A DNA stretch of 51,865 nucleotides, from IMG/VR virus record IMGVR_UViG_3300035156_000063; one strand, 5' to 3'. The notes under the pieces were generated by a model. The model made no database searches and had not been told where the DNA came from. It worked only from the letters and a program-made list of their open reading frames with translations. Origin of the DNA: a virus. The position numbers and the translations under genes are program-made. Shown in pieces: positions 27,215 through 35,930 of the stretch (positions within the stretch are counted from its first letter, which is position 1; each line of letters begins with the position of its first letter).

Positions 27215-27486
27215 TGCCTAAAAAGGGAGAGTTCAAGAAGGGAGCTACCGCTGATTCGATTCGACAGCGGAAGTATAACTCCTCGGAGGAACAGAAGACA
27301 AGACGTGCTCAGCGTAATGCAGCACGCAGTAAGATGGCTAAGGCTGGGAAGGTACACAAGGGGGACGGTAAAGACGTAGATCATAAGAATATGAATACGG
27401 CTAACAACTCAACTAAGAATCTTCAGGTTATGTCCAAGTCGGCTAATAGAGCTAAGAACAAACCACACCTCAAAGGAAAGAAATGA
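27214..27486 (+). CDS. Small, very basic HNH-like protein, 90 aa
   Basis: DVDHKNMNTANNSTKNLQVMSKSANRAKN resembles a Cys-less H-N-N nuclease core. ATGA/TAATG overlaps on both sides. Confidence 0.4.
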   Translation: MPKKGEFKKGATADSIRQRKYNSSEEQKTRRAQRNAARSKMAKAGKVHKGDGKDVDHKNMNTANNSTKNLQVMSKSANRAKNKPHLKGKK

Positions 27487-29435
27487 AGATTCCACTTAAT
27501 GACATTCAGAGTAAATATAACACCACTCTGATTAACAACAACTTTGACAGGATTCAAGAGGAGTTCCAGAATAAGGTGTTGTACCGTCAGAATCCTACCG
27601 GAGAACCTAATTCGATGGAGAATGCTATTGATATGAATAGCAATCGAATCTTGAATCTCCCTGCCCCTCTTAGTCAACAAGAGCCATTGCGGCTACTAGA
27701 CCTGATTAATATTCAGGTCTTGTTCAAAGGAGATAAAGGAGACCCCGGTACTACGGGACCACAAGGCAGCCCAGGACCAGCAGGGGCCGCAGGAGCACCC
27801 GGCGCGGCTGGTGCACAGGGTCCAGCAGGCCCACAAGGACCAGCGGGTGTTGATACCTTCACGCAAACTGGTACAGGCGCTGTAACTGTTCAAGCGCAAG
27901 AGAAGCTTAAAGAACGAGTGACCATTCAAGACTTCATGACTACGGCAATGAAGAACGATGTGGTTGCGGGAACTGCTCTTGTTAGCATCGACACTGCGCT
28001 TACTGCGGCTCTTGCCACTGGCAAGCCTGTATTCATTCCTAAAGGGCTTGGTTGGAAATATAGAATCGGTTCTACCGTATTCATTCCATCAGGAGCGAGG
28101 CTGTATTCAGATGGCGCTTTGCTTACGCTAGCTAATGGTGTCAATAACCATATGCTTCGATTTGCTAATGGTGCTGATGACGCAGAGATTAGAGGGTTGA
28201 AGTTGGACGGTAACAAGGCTAACAACACTGGCGGGCATGGAATTGCTAGTGGTGGGACTGGCCTTACTAATTCCCGTGTTATGGATTGTATGGTATTCAA
28301 TACTGGTTCTAGCGGAATCTATTTCGGGGGTTCCACGCTAACTGGCATCATGTGTAAAAACAACTACACATACAACAATGCCACTTCGGGAATCACTGCT
28401 GACAATCTGATTACTGAGTTCGCCTTCAATGACAATATGTCTTGGAACAATGGAACCCATGGAGTTGGTATTATCGGAACTGCTAATAACGGAACCATTA
28501 ATAACAACACTTGTTGGAACAACGGCCAAGGCGACCCTAACGCAGATAACATCACTGCCTACACTGCTCAACATGACAATCTCACCTTTAGTGGCAACAA
28601 CTGCTACGGAGGCGGTAATAATGGATTGCACGTAGGAGGCTCCCGACTCACCGTCACTGGTAACAATATTTATGGGGCCTCTAAGCATGGGATTGTTGTT
28701 CGTCCTAATACTGGTGTGTGCAATGCCTGTACTGTGACTGGTAATGGAAGCTACGGGAATGGGCTGAGTGGATACTGGTTTGATTCCTGTGTTAACTTAA
28801 CCGTTACTGGCAATACTTCCCAAGGGAATGTCGGACACGGATTTACCACGGACAGTTGCACCTTTGCTGCATTTGCCGGTAATATTGGCAAGGACAATAC
28901 GCAGTCGGGATATAAGAACGAGACTGCTAGTAGCTTCATGACTTTCGGTACTAACGTCATGACTGGTAATGCTGTGTCAGGGATGATCTTTAATAACGTC
29001 ACCGACAGTGTTATTATGGGTAACAACTCTTCGCTCAATACCGGCTGGGGGATTCGAGGTGGTGGTACGGAAGCACGTAACATGGTGGTAAACAACCTAG
29101 TCACAGGAAACACCCTTGGGCAGATTGAAGCTATGAACGTATTCACACGAATTCAGGGTAATCGTACTGGACTTACTAGGACCATTGTTTCAAATGCCAC
29201 TCTCACCCTCCCTGTGGATGGAGAATACTTCTTCGTAACAGGAACTACCAACATCACTTCCATCACTCCTTCATGGCCAGACCGAAGAGTGACTATGCAA
29301 TTCTCTGATCCCCTAACTGTTGTTGAGGGTAATAATCTGAGGATGGCAGGGGATTTCATTACCACCTTCACGGATACAATCACCCTGATTAGCGACGGTG
29401 CTAACTGGATTGAGACCTCCCGTAGTAATAACTAA
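27483..29435 (+). CDS. Tailspike with collagen-like stalk and right-handed beta-helix, 650 aa
   Basis: - The N-terminus is paralogous to that of 4562-7669.
- There are 13 consecutive G-X-Y triplets (GDKGDPGTTGPQGSPGPAGAAGAPGAAGAQGPAGPQGPAG).
- The body has repetitive N/G-rich beta-helix-like turns (NN..G..). Confidence 0.8.
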   Translation: MKIPLNDIQSKYNTTLINNNFDRIQEEFQNKVLYRQNPTGEPNSMENAIDMNSNRILNLPAPLSQQEPLRLLDLINIQVLFKGDKGDPGTTGPQGSPGPAGAAGAPGAAGAQGPAGPQGPAGVDTFTQTGTGAVTVQAQEKLKERVTIQDFMTTAMKNDVVAGTALVSIDTALTAALATGKPVFIPKGLGWKYRIGSTVFIPSGARLYSDGALLTLANGVNNHMLRFANGADDAEIRGLKLDGNKANNTGGHGIASGGTGLTNSRVMDCMVFNTGSSGIYFGGSTLTGIMCKNNYTYNNATSGITADNLITEFAFNDNMSWNNGTHGVGIIGTANNGTINNNTCWNNGQGDPNADNITAYTAQHDNLTFSGNNCYGGGNNGLHVGGSRLTVTGNNIYGASKHGIVVRPNTGVCNACTVTGNGSYGNGLSGYWFDSCVNLTVTGNTSQGNVGHGFTTDSCTFAAFAGNIGKDNTQSGYKNETASSFMTFGTNVMTGNAVSGMIFNNVTDSVIMGNNSSLNTGWGIRGGGTEARNMVVNNLVTGNTLGQIEAMNVFTRIQGNRTGLTRTIVSNATLTLPVDGEYFFVTGTTNITSITPSWPDRRVTMQFSDPLTVVEGNNLRMAGDFITTFTDTITLISDGANWIETSRSNN

Positions 29436-29446
29436 ATAGGAACATA

Positions 29447-31066
29447 ATGGCAATTCAAGATTTAGAAAAGCAATACCTCTCCCAAACTGGATTCACTGGG
29501 GCTAATCAGGACAAGCTGCGACAGCTCTTTGCAAGTGGGGGTCCGGGGGGTACTCCGTTCTCCACTTCTAGTCTCCGTACAGAGGCTTTAAGTAGATTCT
29601 ATGGGGTTAGTGGTACAGGAGGAATCTTACAAACCACTGGTCATTCAAGTTCTAAATGGACTATGAGTGTTAAGATGGAAATGGAAGCCCCCTTTAATGC
29701 AGTAAGACTGTTGCGCATTAATCGATCAGCTACCAGCATTCTTAACGGATCGAGGGCACTAGTTGGGGTCACTGAGTCTAATGATTTCGCAATTGCCAAC
29801 GGACTTACCCTCAGCCAGAATCTCTCCTTGCCTGTGTATAGTGTAGGGGGCACACCCACTGCTTACAATCAGCTGGCACCTGCCGGAACGGTTAATGGAT
29901 TCCAACCAGTGTCTTGGCCGGGTGTAGAAATTGTATCCCTAGCCAACACTGGTACTGTAGCCACTATGGTGACTAAGAAACCTCATGGACTTGTAACAGG
30001 AAACACTATTACCATTCGAGGTACTGATGTTACTGTGTTCAATGTTACTGCGGCTGCTATTACCTTGGTGGATAGCCTTAGTTTCACATTCCCCATTGCT
30101 AGTGATCCCGCAACCGCTGTTAAAACTCTTGGTTCCTATTCCGCTAACGCAACTGGAGTGGACAAGACTAATGTGGACCAGACTTACGTCATCTCTAACA
30201 AGGTGGCTCTGAAGAGCAGAGAAAGCCGTTTAGACGGTGGTACAAGGCCGCTGTTGGTCTATCGCTTCTATCAGGATGGTACGGCTGCCGGATTTCCTTT
30301 CGTGGGCCTACAGGGCGCTACAAGGCTTCCTACGGATGCTATGAGGGGCCGCACTATTCAGGTAGGCGCCGCACTAGAGGATGGTGTTGGAAACTTTGGA
30401 TGGAACTTTGGCCTCGACAATGTCCTTATGGATGTATTCCCAATTGTCTCTTACAACGTTCCAGTATTAAGTGTTTGGGATGTGGGGGATTCAACCCATC
30501 AGAACGATGGGCTGGTAACAGATAAGGTTTCTTCGTGGGTGTATAGAGCATGCATGTCGGTATCAACCCCTCAAAGACCTGTTATTCCTTGCAATTTTGG
30601 GGCTTCCTCGCAAACTTCTGCTACCTATTGGGCACAGGCTAAGAATGCTCTGGCTGCTGGTGTACCTCCTCCTTCGATTTTGATTGTTGGGGTGGATAGT
30701 GTAAATGATGGTGGGGTTACGGATGCTACTGTCCAGAATGCATTTGCTCTTGCAACTGACGTGATGGCAACAGCACAGAAATATGGTATCCCAGAAGTTA
30801 TTTTTACCAATCGTATGCCTTCAAATTCGCTTAACACTGCACAGTATGCCGCAAAGCTTAAACAGGAACAGCAGATTTCTGATTTGGCTAATTCGTACAG
30901 TGTTAAGTGTATTTTCTTAGGCGGTATGGGGGACGGGGCAAACCCTGAGAGATGGATTCCTGCCCTTAACTATGCAACCGACGGTGTGCACCCTAACGAG
31001 TTGGCTATTGAAACCGTCTTGACACCGCAATTAATTAACATCTTTAAAACTAGGTTTGGATTGTAA
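29447..31066 (+). CDS. SGNH/GDSL-family esterase-like tail protein, 539 aa
   Basis: Block I-like VWDVGDSTHQNDG (G-D-S) and block V-like DGVHPN (D-x-x-H) in the C-terminal half. It is the last gene of the late operon. Confidence 0.6.
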   Translation: MAIQDLEKQYLSQTGFTGANQDKLRQLFASGGPGGTPFSTSSLRTEALSRFYGVSGTGGILQTTGHSSSKWTMSVKMEMEAPFNAVRLLRINRSATSILNGSRALVGVTESNDFAIANGLTLSQNLSLPVYSVGGTPTAYNQLAPAGTVNGFQPVSWPGVEIVSLANTGTVATMVTKKPHGLVTGNTITIRGTDVTVFNVTAAAITLVDSLSFTFPIASDPATAVKTLGSYSANATGVDKTNVDQTYVISNKVALKSRESRLDGGTRPLLVYRFYQDGTAAGFPFVGLQGATRLPTDAMRGRTIQVGAALEDGVGNFGWNFGLDNVLMDVFPIVSYNVPVLSVWDVGDSTHQNDGLVTDKVSSWVYRACMSVSTPQRPVIPCNFGASSQTSATYWAQAKNALAAGVPPPSILIVGVDSVNDGGVTDATVQNAFALATDVMATAQKYGIPEVIFTNRMPSNSLNTAQYAAKLKQEQQISDLANSYSVKCIFLGGMGDGANPERWIPALNYATDGVHPNELAIETVLTPQLINIFKTRFGL

Positions 31067-31094
31067 CACTCAGAATAGAGTGAGTAAGGAGAGA

Positions 31095-31129
31095 GCCACT
31101 AAGGAGAAATCCCTAGTGGCTTTTTTTTT
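31095..31129 (+). terminator. Rho-independent terminator ending the late operon
   Basis: Stem GCCACTAAGG/CCCTAGTGGC with one mismatch, a 6-nt loop, then T9. Confidence 0.8.
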
Positions 31130-31131
31130 GT

Positions 31132-31347
31132 TTAATCGCAGCGCTTAGCTTGGAAGCCCGGATCATTGTTAATCTTGTAGCCTACTAGCGGGACTAGTAC
31201 GCCATTCTCAATGCTATCCCCAATCTCGGGAATCTTATTGGCTAAGAACACCACTACGTGATTTCCAGCATTGTCTGAATATCGGTAGAGGTAGGAGTTG
31301 GTAGTTCCTGGGATTTTAGCACACCCTGCTTCAATTGAAATTGCCAT
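31132..31347 (-). CDS. Hypothetical protein, 71 aa; last gene of the leftward block
   Basis: ORF with AAAGGAACTA-ATG. Confidence 0.55.
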   Translation of the reverse strand: MAISIEAGCAKIPGTTNSYLYRYSDNAGNHVVVFLANKIPEIGDSIENGVLVPLVGYKINNDPGFQAKRCD

Positions 31348-31415
31348 TAGTTCCTTTCATCGGCATCTGTACATTTTAGGGACCACCTTAGTGATCCCCT
31401 TCTTTAGCATCCTAA

Positions 31416-33413
31416 TCACCGGATTGGGCAAGCTCCTCCTGCACATTCATCCTCCAATTCTGCATTAATGTCATTAGCCTTGTTAAGCTCAATAGGCTGA
31501 ATGATCGCCATATAAGCATCGTATGCTTCCTTAGTCACTACTTCCTGTGGGAGGTAGAGATATCCCAAATCCTTAGCCGTCTTAGTTGGATCAGTACGGA
31601 ACAGGAAAGATACCCCGACATAATTATCCCAATTATCAAGCAGCCAATCAATGATAGCTGGCACTTCATCAACGCTATAGCTGATAGTCGCAGAGACATT
31701 TTGCTGACACCAGTTAATCATCAACATCTTGTAGCGCTCAAGCTGACTAACTGCGCTCTCAAGGTTGACATCCATCCCATTTACTTTTTCGAAGGGAACA
31801 TCCGCCCAGCAAACCGGGAAAGTAATGAGGACCGCTTCGGGGTCACTTGGGTTGTCGATAACCTTATATCCTGCTGCTCTACAAAGAGGAACAAGGGGGT
31901 CATGTTTACCGAAGTTGACATTGTTGAAGATGTATCGACCGAGGGGCTTGTGTACTCCCTCCGTAGTGTCCATGACCTTTGATAGGGTTCCTGAGGGCTT
32001 GATAGTAGTAACGTTCTTTGGACGAGGAAGCCCAAGTTCGTCAGCCATTGAATAAGCTCCGCTGGTAGCAGTTCGTTGCAACTCGGAGTAATCGTATGCG
32101 CCCAAATCCGGCCGTCGGACAATACCAGTAAGTCCCACCCCACACAGACGCAGGAAGCTGTTGTTAAGGTGCCATGCCTCTTGCAAGACACCATCAATGA
32201 GATTAACACAGGTTTGTCTGTAGTTAGCCCTTGCAGCAATGTGAATAGCTCTTCGCAACCCTGCGGAATCACCTTTGAACTTTGCAACGTCTACCTCCGT
32301 TAGGTTACAGAATGATTTGTTGCCAAGAAGGATTTCAGCGCAAGGATTGACTCCCTTAAACCATGGGGCTCTTTTCGTGGCCGCCTGTCCATTGATGAAG
32401 CCGGGTTCTGATCCTCCAGACTCCACCATAAGGTCGAATATAGCTTTAAGAGCATCTCTGCTTGGCTTCTGCTTAAAGAGGAGGGAATTATTACTTTGTG
32501 CTCGTTGTACATTATCTTCCCACCAGTTTCGTTTGGCTACTGCGAATTCTTCCCATTCATCTTCTCCATACTCAAAGAGTGCAATTTCAGCACTACGACG
32601 AGAGCTAAGGACAGTCCCAAGCCAGTTAACAAGATCAAGAATATCGATCCGAGTAAGGAGGCTACCAGAACGACGATTAAGGATTTGAATGATGTTAGTA
32701 TAAGCAGTAGCAAGGCTAGCATCACCAGAACTAATCCAACCATATCCTTTTAACCTTTCACCTGCTGGTCTAATCTGGGAGAAATCGAGTACAAGTTTAT
32801 GGGCGGGAAACTTATGAGAGACCAGTTTACCAATGCTCTTTGACCATGCTTCTGCACTGTCTCCGACCTGAATAGTCCAGACACCATCGACAAAGGTTTC
32901 GGTATTATCTTGCTTTCCATTCTTGTCTGTTCTTTCTGAACGAATGATTTCAATTTCTTGGATGGGCTTTTGGAATCCAGTGAGCTGCCCCACAATTGGA
33001 CGGAAGCCCACTCCACATCCTTGCATGAGCAACCACAGGACATCCACAACATCATGGATAGTTTCGACATTGGTGAATGAACAATTGAATTGCGAAGCTT
33101 CTCGACGCTTAGCAACCTCTGTACCTCCGAGCCAGAGAGTACGACCGGACATAAGTACCTTACGTTCCAACATGAGCTTTCTAAGCTCTGCCAATTCTTG
33201 TTCTCGAATGGCGATGTCGTCATATTTCTGTACCTTAGTTTCTGCTCGATCCCACAGCCACTCTTGATGTCCGATTACACGATCAACAGTTTGTTCAAAG
33301 GTTTCAAACACCTTACCCTGCTCGTCAAGAGGGCGATTGTAAGTACGACGAGTAATAAGCTGACTGCGCAGCGATGGTTGTTTTGTCATTAGTTCCTTAT
33401 CGATTGTCGCCAC
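31416..33413 (-). CDS. nrdJ: Ribonucleotide reductase, probably class II (adenosylcobalamin-dependent)
   Basis: NPCAEI active-site loop, TIKPSGTLS, and a C-terminal Cys pair (ECAGGACPIR). No NrdB-like small subunit is found anywhere in the genome. Confidence 0.7.
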   Translation of the reverse strand: MATIDKELMTKQPSLRSQLITRRTYNRPLDEQGKVFETFEQTVDRVIGHQEWLWDRAETKVQKYDDIAIREQELAELRKLMLERKVLMSGRTLWLGGTEVAKRREASQFNCSFTNVETIHDVVDVLWLLMQGCGVGFRPIVGQLTGFQKPIQEIEIIRSERTDKNGKQDNTETFVDGVWTIQVGDSAEAWSKSIGKLVSHKFPAHKLVLDFSQIRPAGERLKGYGWISSGDASLATAYTNIIQILNRRSGSLLTRIDILDLVNWLGTVLSSRRSAEIALFEYGEDEWEEFAVAKRNWWEDNVQRAQSNNSLLFKQKPSRDALKAIFDLMVESGGSEPGFINGQAATKRAPWFKGVNPCAEILLGNKSFCNLTEVDVAKFKGDSAGLRRAIHIAARANYRQTCVNLIDGVLQEAWHLNNSFLRLCGVGLTGIVRRPDLGAYDYSELQRTATSGAYSMADELGLPRPKNVTTIKPSGTLSKVMDTTEGVHKPLGRYIFNNVNFGKHDPLVPLCRAAGYKVIDNPSDPEAVLITFPVCWADVPFEKVNGMDVNLESAVSQLERYKMLMINWCQQNVSATISYSVDEVPAIIDWLLDNWDNYVGVSFLFRTDPTKTAKDLGYLYLPQEVVTKEAYDAYMAIIQPIELNKANDINAELEDECAGGACPIR

Positions 33414-33729
33414 TACCAGCGATTACATTCCGTTGTTTCCGGTCGGTGAGTTTCTTAATATTGTCATAAGCAATGTCAGCCAGACTATAGTCCAATGCTG
33501 CTGCCATATTAGCGACATACCACAGTACATCCCCCAACTCTTTAGCAGTTTCATGTCTGTCAAACTTCCCATCACGAATCTTCTTCTTAATCTTCTCAGC
33601 CACCTCCCCAGCCTCTCCACAGAGGCCAAGGGAGAGATAGGAGAGTTCTGAATTACTTCCCGTTGCCACTTCGGGATAAATAGCAAACATCTCTGCTTCT
33701 ACTTGGTAGTCATCCAGATCGTAATGCAT
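33397..33729 (-). CDS. mazG: MazG-like nucleoside triphosphate pyrophosphohydrolase, 110 aa
   Basis: GEAGEVAEKIKK (E-x-x-E) and ELGDVLWY motifs of all-alpha NTP pyrophosphatases. Confidence 0.8.
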   Translation of the reverse strand: MHYDLDDYQVEAEMFAIYPEVATGSNSELSYLSLGLCGEAGEVAEKIKKKIRDGKFDRHETAKELGDVLWYVANMAAALDYSLADIAYDNIKKLTDRKQRNVIAGSGDNR

Positions 33730-34472
33730 TAGTTGGCCCTCACAATGTTGTTCTTAACAGCTACGTTCTGCTTACCACGACTCCATGTGCCACAGTCTTT
33801 GCACTGATAGCGCTGATACTTACCTACGGCAGTGAAAGAGAAGCCCCGCCTTTCCAGATGAAGGCCACCGCAATTAGGACAGCCGTCCGGCACCCCATTG
33901 AACAGGCCAACGTTAGGGTGATTAGGAATCCAAGGAAGAATTTTGTCATACAGACGTTCTGTGACGATAACATCTTCCACATTGTATTCCTCCATCATCT
34001 CCCAGCTTGCAGGATCGTTCTGCATACAGCCAATCCACATATCAAAGCCTGCATGTTTCAGCTTTCCTCCACAACCCAAAGCTCGGGCGACATAATCAAG
34101 CTTATTATGTGGGAACTTGAATTGCTGTCGTACAATTGGAAGCAAGTCAATCTGCTTATATCCTGCTGGTGGTTTCCAGCCCATTAGAATGAATTCCCGG
34201 TTCAAAGTAGGAATATCAAATTTCTTACCATTGTAATGAACTACAATATCCGCTTCCGTAAGAAGGTTATAAACACCATACAGCATCTCTTCTTTGGTGT
34301 TGGTGTTCAGAGATTGGCACACCACAGCAACTCCCCCTGCCCACTTAGCCGCATAGGACAGAATATATCCCGGCTTGATGATTTGATTCATTGCTACATT
34401 CTGATCCCACACACCCCATACGTAAGCAGAGGTAGGAGCTGTTTCGATGTCAAGAATTAGGATTTTGGTCAT
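33729..34472 (-). CDS. DnaQ/RNase-H-fold 3'-5' exonuclease with C-terminal zinc ribbon (start moved to MTKILILDIETAP)
   Basis: LILDIETAP ExoI-type motif and a C-terminal CPNCGG...CKDCGTW. The tracked ORF extends to 34511 but then overlaps a protein-like 50-aa ORF. Confidence 0.65.
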   Translation of the reverse strand: MTKILILDIETAPTSAYVWGVWDQNVAMNQIIKPGYILSYAAKWAGGVAVVCQSLNTNTKEEMLYGVYNLLTEADIVVHYNGKKFDIPTLNREFILMGWKPPAGYKQIDLLPIVRQQFKFPHNKLDYVARALGCGGKLKHAGFDMWIGCMQNDPASWEMMEEYNVEDVIVTERLYDKILPWIPNHPNVGLFNGVPDGCPNCGGLHLERRGFSFTAVGKYQRYQCKDCGTWSRGKQNVAVKNNIVRAN

Positions 34473-34602
34473 TACGTCTTTCATTAAGATAATTGGCAAA
34501 CAACAGGGCATCTTTTTCCGTCATAAAATCATCTACGAAGACACCGACAGCATCGAAAACTCCAAACCTAATTCCATTCGGCATTACATGGAATGGCTTC
34601 AT
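34450..34602 (-). CDS. Small hypothetical protein, 50 aa (MKPFHVMPNGIRFGVFDAVGVFVDDFMTEKDALLFANYLNERRNDQNPNS)
   Basis: Hand translation. It starts one codon after the stop of the 42-aa ORF. It shares a DA..ANYL.E motif with that ORF. Confidence 0.45.
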   Translation of the reverse strand: MKPFHVMPNGIRFGVFDAVGVFVDDFMTEKDALLFANYLNERRNDQNPNS

Positions 34603-34731
34603 TTATTTTTCAATAAGATAATTGGCATATGCATCATAAAAAGTCCAGAAACTATTTACATGGTTTCCATCTTGATCGACAACTTCAACATATCGATCAT
34701 GCTCTATAATGTAATATTTGGTCTTCTTCAT
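34603..34731 (-). CDS. Small hypothetical protein, 42 aa (MKKTKYYIIEHDRYVEVVDQDGNHVNSFWTFYDAYANYLIEK)
   Basis: Hand translation. ATGA overlap with the ThyX stop. Paralogous C-terminus with the next ORF. Confidence 0.45.
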   Translation of the reverse strand: MKKTKYYIIEHDRYVEVVDQDGNHVNSFWTFYDAYANYLIEK

Positions 34732-35402
34732 TTATTTTCCAATAGTGCAGCAAGGGATACGGGGAACAGAGGGAGAGCTTGAGCGTAGATTAGATTAGCT
34801 ACATCCCTGCTCTCCTTCTGTGTGTGAGGATCAAGTCGCAGCTTAAGCATGTCAGCAAAGGCCCCTAAAGTACCAGACCAAATCCATTCGGTCATCATGT
34901 TGGCAGGGAGTACCATACGTGCCTGTTCAGGGCACATCTTATGTTCTAGATACCAATGATATAGATTAAGGGATGCTCGGCAATGGGCCTTCATGTCGTG
35001 GCTGTAATAGTCAGGGAAAGGTTCGTCTGAACTTCCTTGCTTTACATTATCCGCTTTAGCCCTAAATACATCGGGGATAAAGAACTCAGGCTCAGAATCT
35101 ACATAGCGCCTACTCACTTCATTCCAAGGCATAAACTTGTGCTTAACAAGCTGCCTAGCGACGAAGATGGGAGCTTTGACACGGAAGCTCAGGAAGGCAT
35201 GGTTGAATGGGGAGAAGTGTTTATGCTTGGCAAGGTAGGTGATTAGCTTTGCATCTGGTGTAGAGAGCATCTTATCTTCAGGATCATCTGAGAATTGTAC
35301 ATACCCGCTCTCCTTCTCAAAGCTCACTCGTGCTGCATTTACCACAGTCAGATCGTCACCGTAATGACCAATCAAGGTTGCTTGAATATGGGCTGTCCTC
35401 AT
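34728..35402 (-). CDS. thyX: ThyX-like flavin-dependent thymidylate synthase family protein, with a variant signature
   Basis: The overall pattern (..HFSPFNHAFLSFRV..ARQLVKHKFMPWNEVSRRYV..) aligns to the ThyX core. The canonical RHRxxS reads KHKxxP here. Confidence 0.65.
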   Translation of the reverse strand: MRTAHIQATLIGHYGDDLTVVNAARVSFEKESGYVQFSDDPEDKMLSTPDAKLITYLAKHKHFSPFNHAFLSFRVKAPIFVARQLVKHKFMPWNEVSRRYVDSEPEFFIPDVFRAKADNVKQGSSDEPFPDYYSHDMKAHCRASLNLYHWYLEHKMCPEQARMVLPANMMTEWIWSGTLGAFADMLKLRLDPHTQKESRDVANLIYAQALPLFPVSLAALLENK

Positions 35403-35602
35403 TCGTACACATCACCCATTTCAGCATTTTCCTGATTAAACATCTCTCTGGCGTCATCATAACCAATCCAATTATCTACCCCACATGCTGCCAAGCAGAG
35501 AAGGAAACTACTGTCTTCAAGAAGATCTAAATACTCTTCTCTTGTAATTGTCACGGTATCTTCAGAATTCAAAACGTAGTCCGATCTTTTTGTTATGTGC
35601 AA
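35399..35602 (-). CDS. Hypothetical acidic protein, 67 aa
   Basis: ORF with ATGA overlap to the downstream ThyX gene. Confidence 0.5.
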   Translation of the reverse strand: MHITKRSDYVLNSEDTVTITREEYLDLLEDSSFLLCLAACGVDNWIGYDDAREMFNQENAEMGDVYE

Positions 35603-35930
35603 TTACAGCAAGCTGCAATGCAAGGGTTGTATATTGAAACCCCCTCCGATACTCTGGAGGGAGCTTGTAAGCAATAGCCGTATGAATTAGCCCTGCCGAC
35701 AGGAAGTAATTACGAATGCGAGGATCACTAGGGCTACGACCGAGTAGAGGATTTGTTTCGTGTGCCCACGGGTGATTTTTGATGTCTTTTGTTTGAGCTT
35801 GGTCAAGGTAGAACGTACCGAGGACAGCAGCTTGTCGAATTGTGTCATTTGTGGTCCAATCATTAGCAAGGGAAATGGGGGTCAGTGTAACTAGAGGTAT
35901 CGTGAGTAACAGCTTTGGAATTACGTTCAT
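35562..35930 (-). CDS. Small exported protein, about 122 aa (start moved to MNVIPKLLLTIPLVTLTPISLA)
   Basis: Signal-peptide-like N-terminus with a SLA-ND cleavage-like site. The C-terminus ends GLRFEF. The tracked ORF is 35562-36047. Confidence 0.45.
   Translation of the reverse strand: MNVIPKLLLTIPLVTLTPISLANDWTTNDTIRQAAVLGTFYLDQAQTKDIKNHPWAHETNPLLGRSPSDPRIRNYFLSAGLIHTAIAYKLPPEYRRGFQYTTLALQLAVIAHNKKIGLRFEF

Noticed and set aside
31379-31399. Hairpin (minus-strand GGGATCAC-UAAG-GUGGUCCC) just after the RNR stop, considered as a terminator.
   Set aside because: It is not followed by a U tract on the minus strand, so it is not a canonical intrinsic terminator. It may be an RNA-stability or processing hairpin, but there is no evidence.
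34447-34782. 111-aa plus-strand ORF between the exonuclease and ThyX genes.
   Set aside because: It is Ile/Phe/Asn-rich, AT-driven and has no SD. The minus strand here carries two coupled, mutually similar small ORFs.
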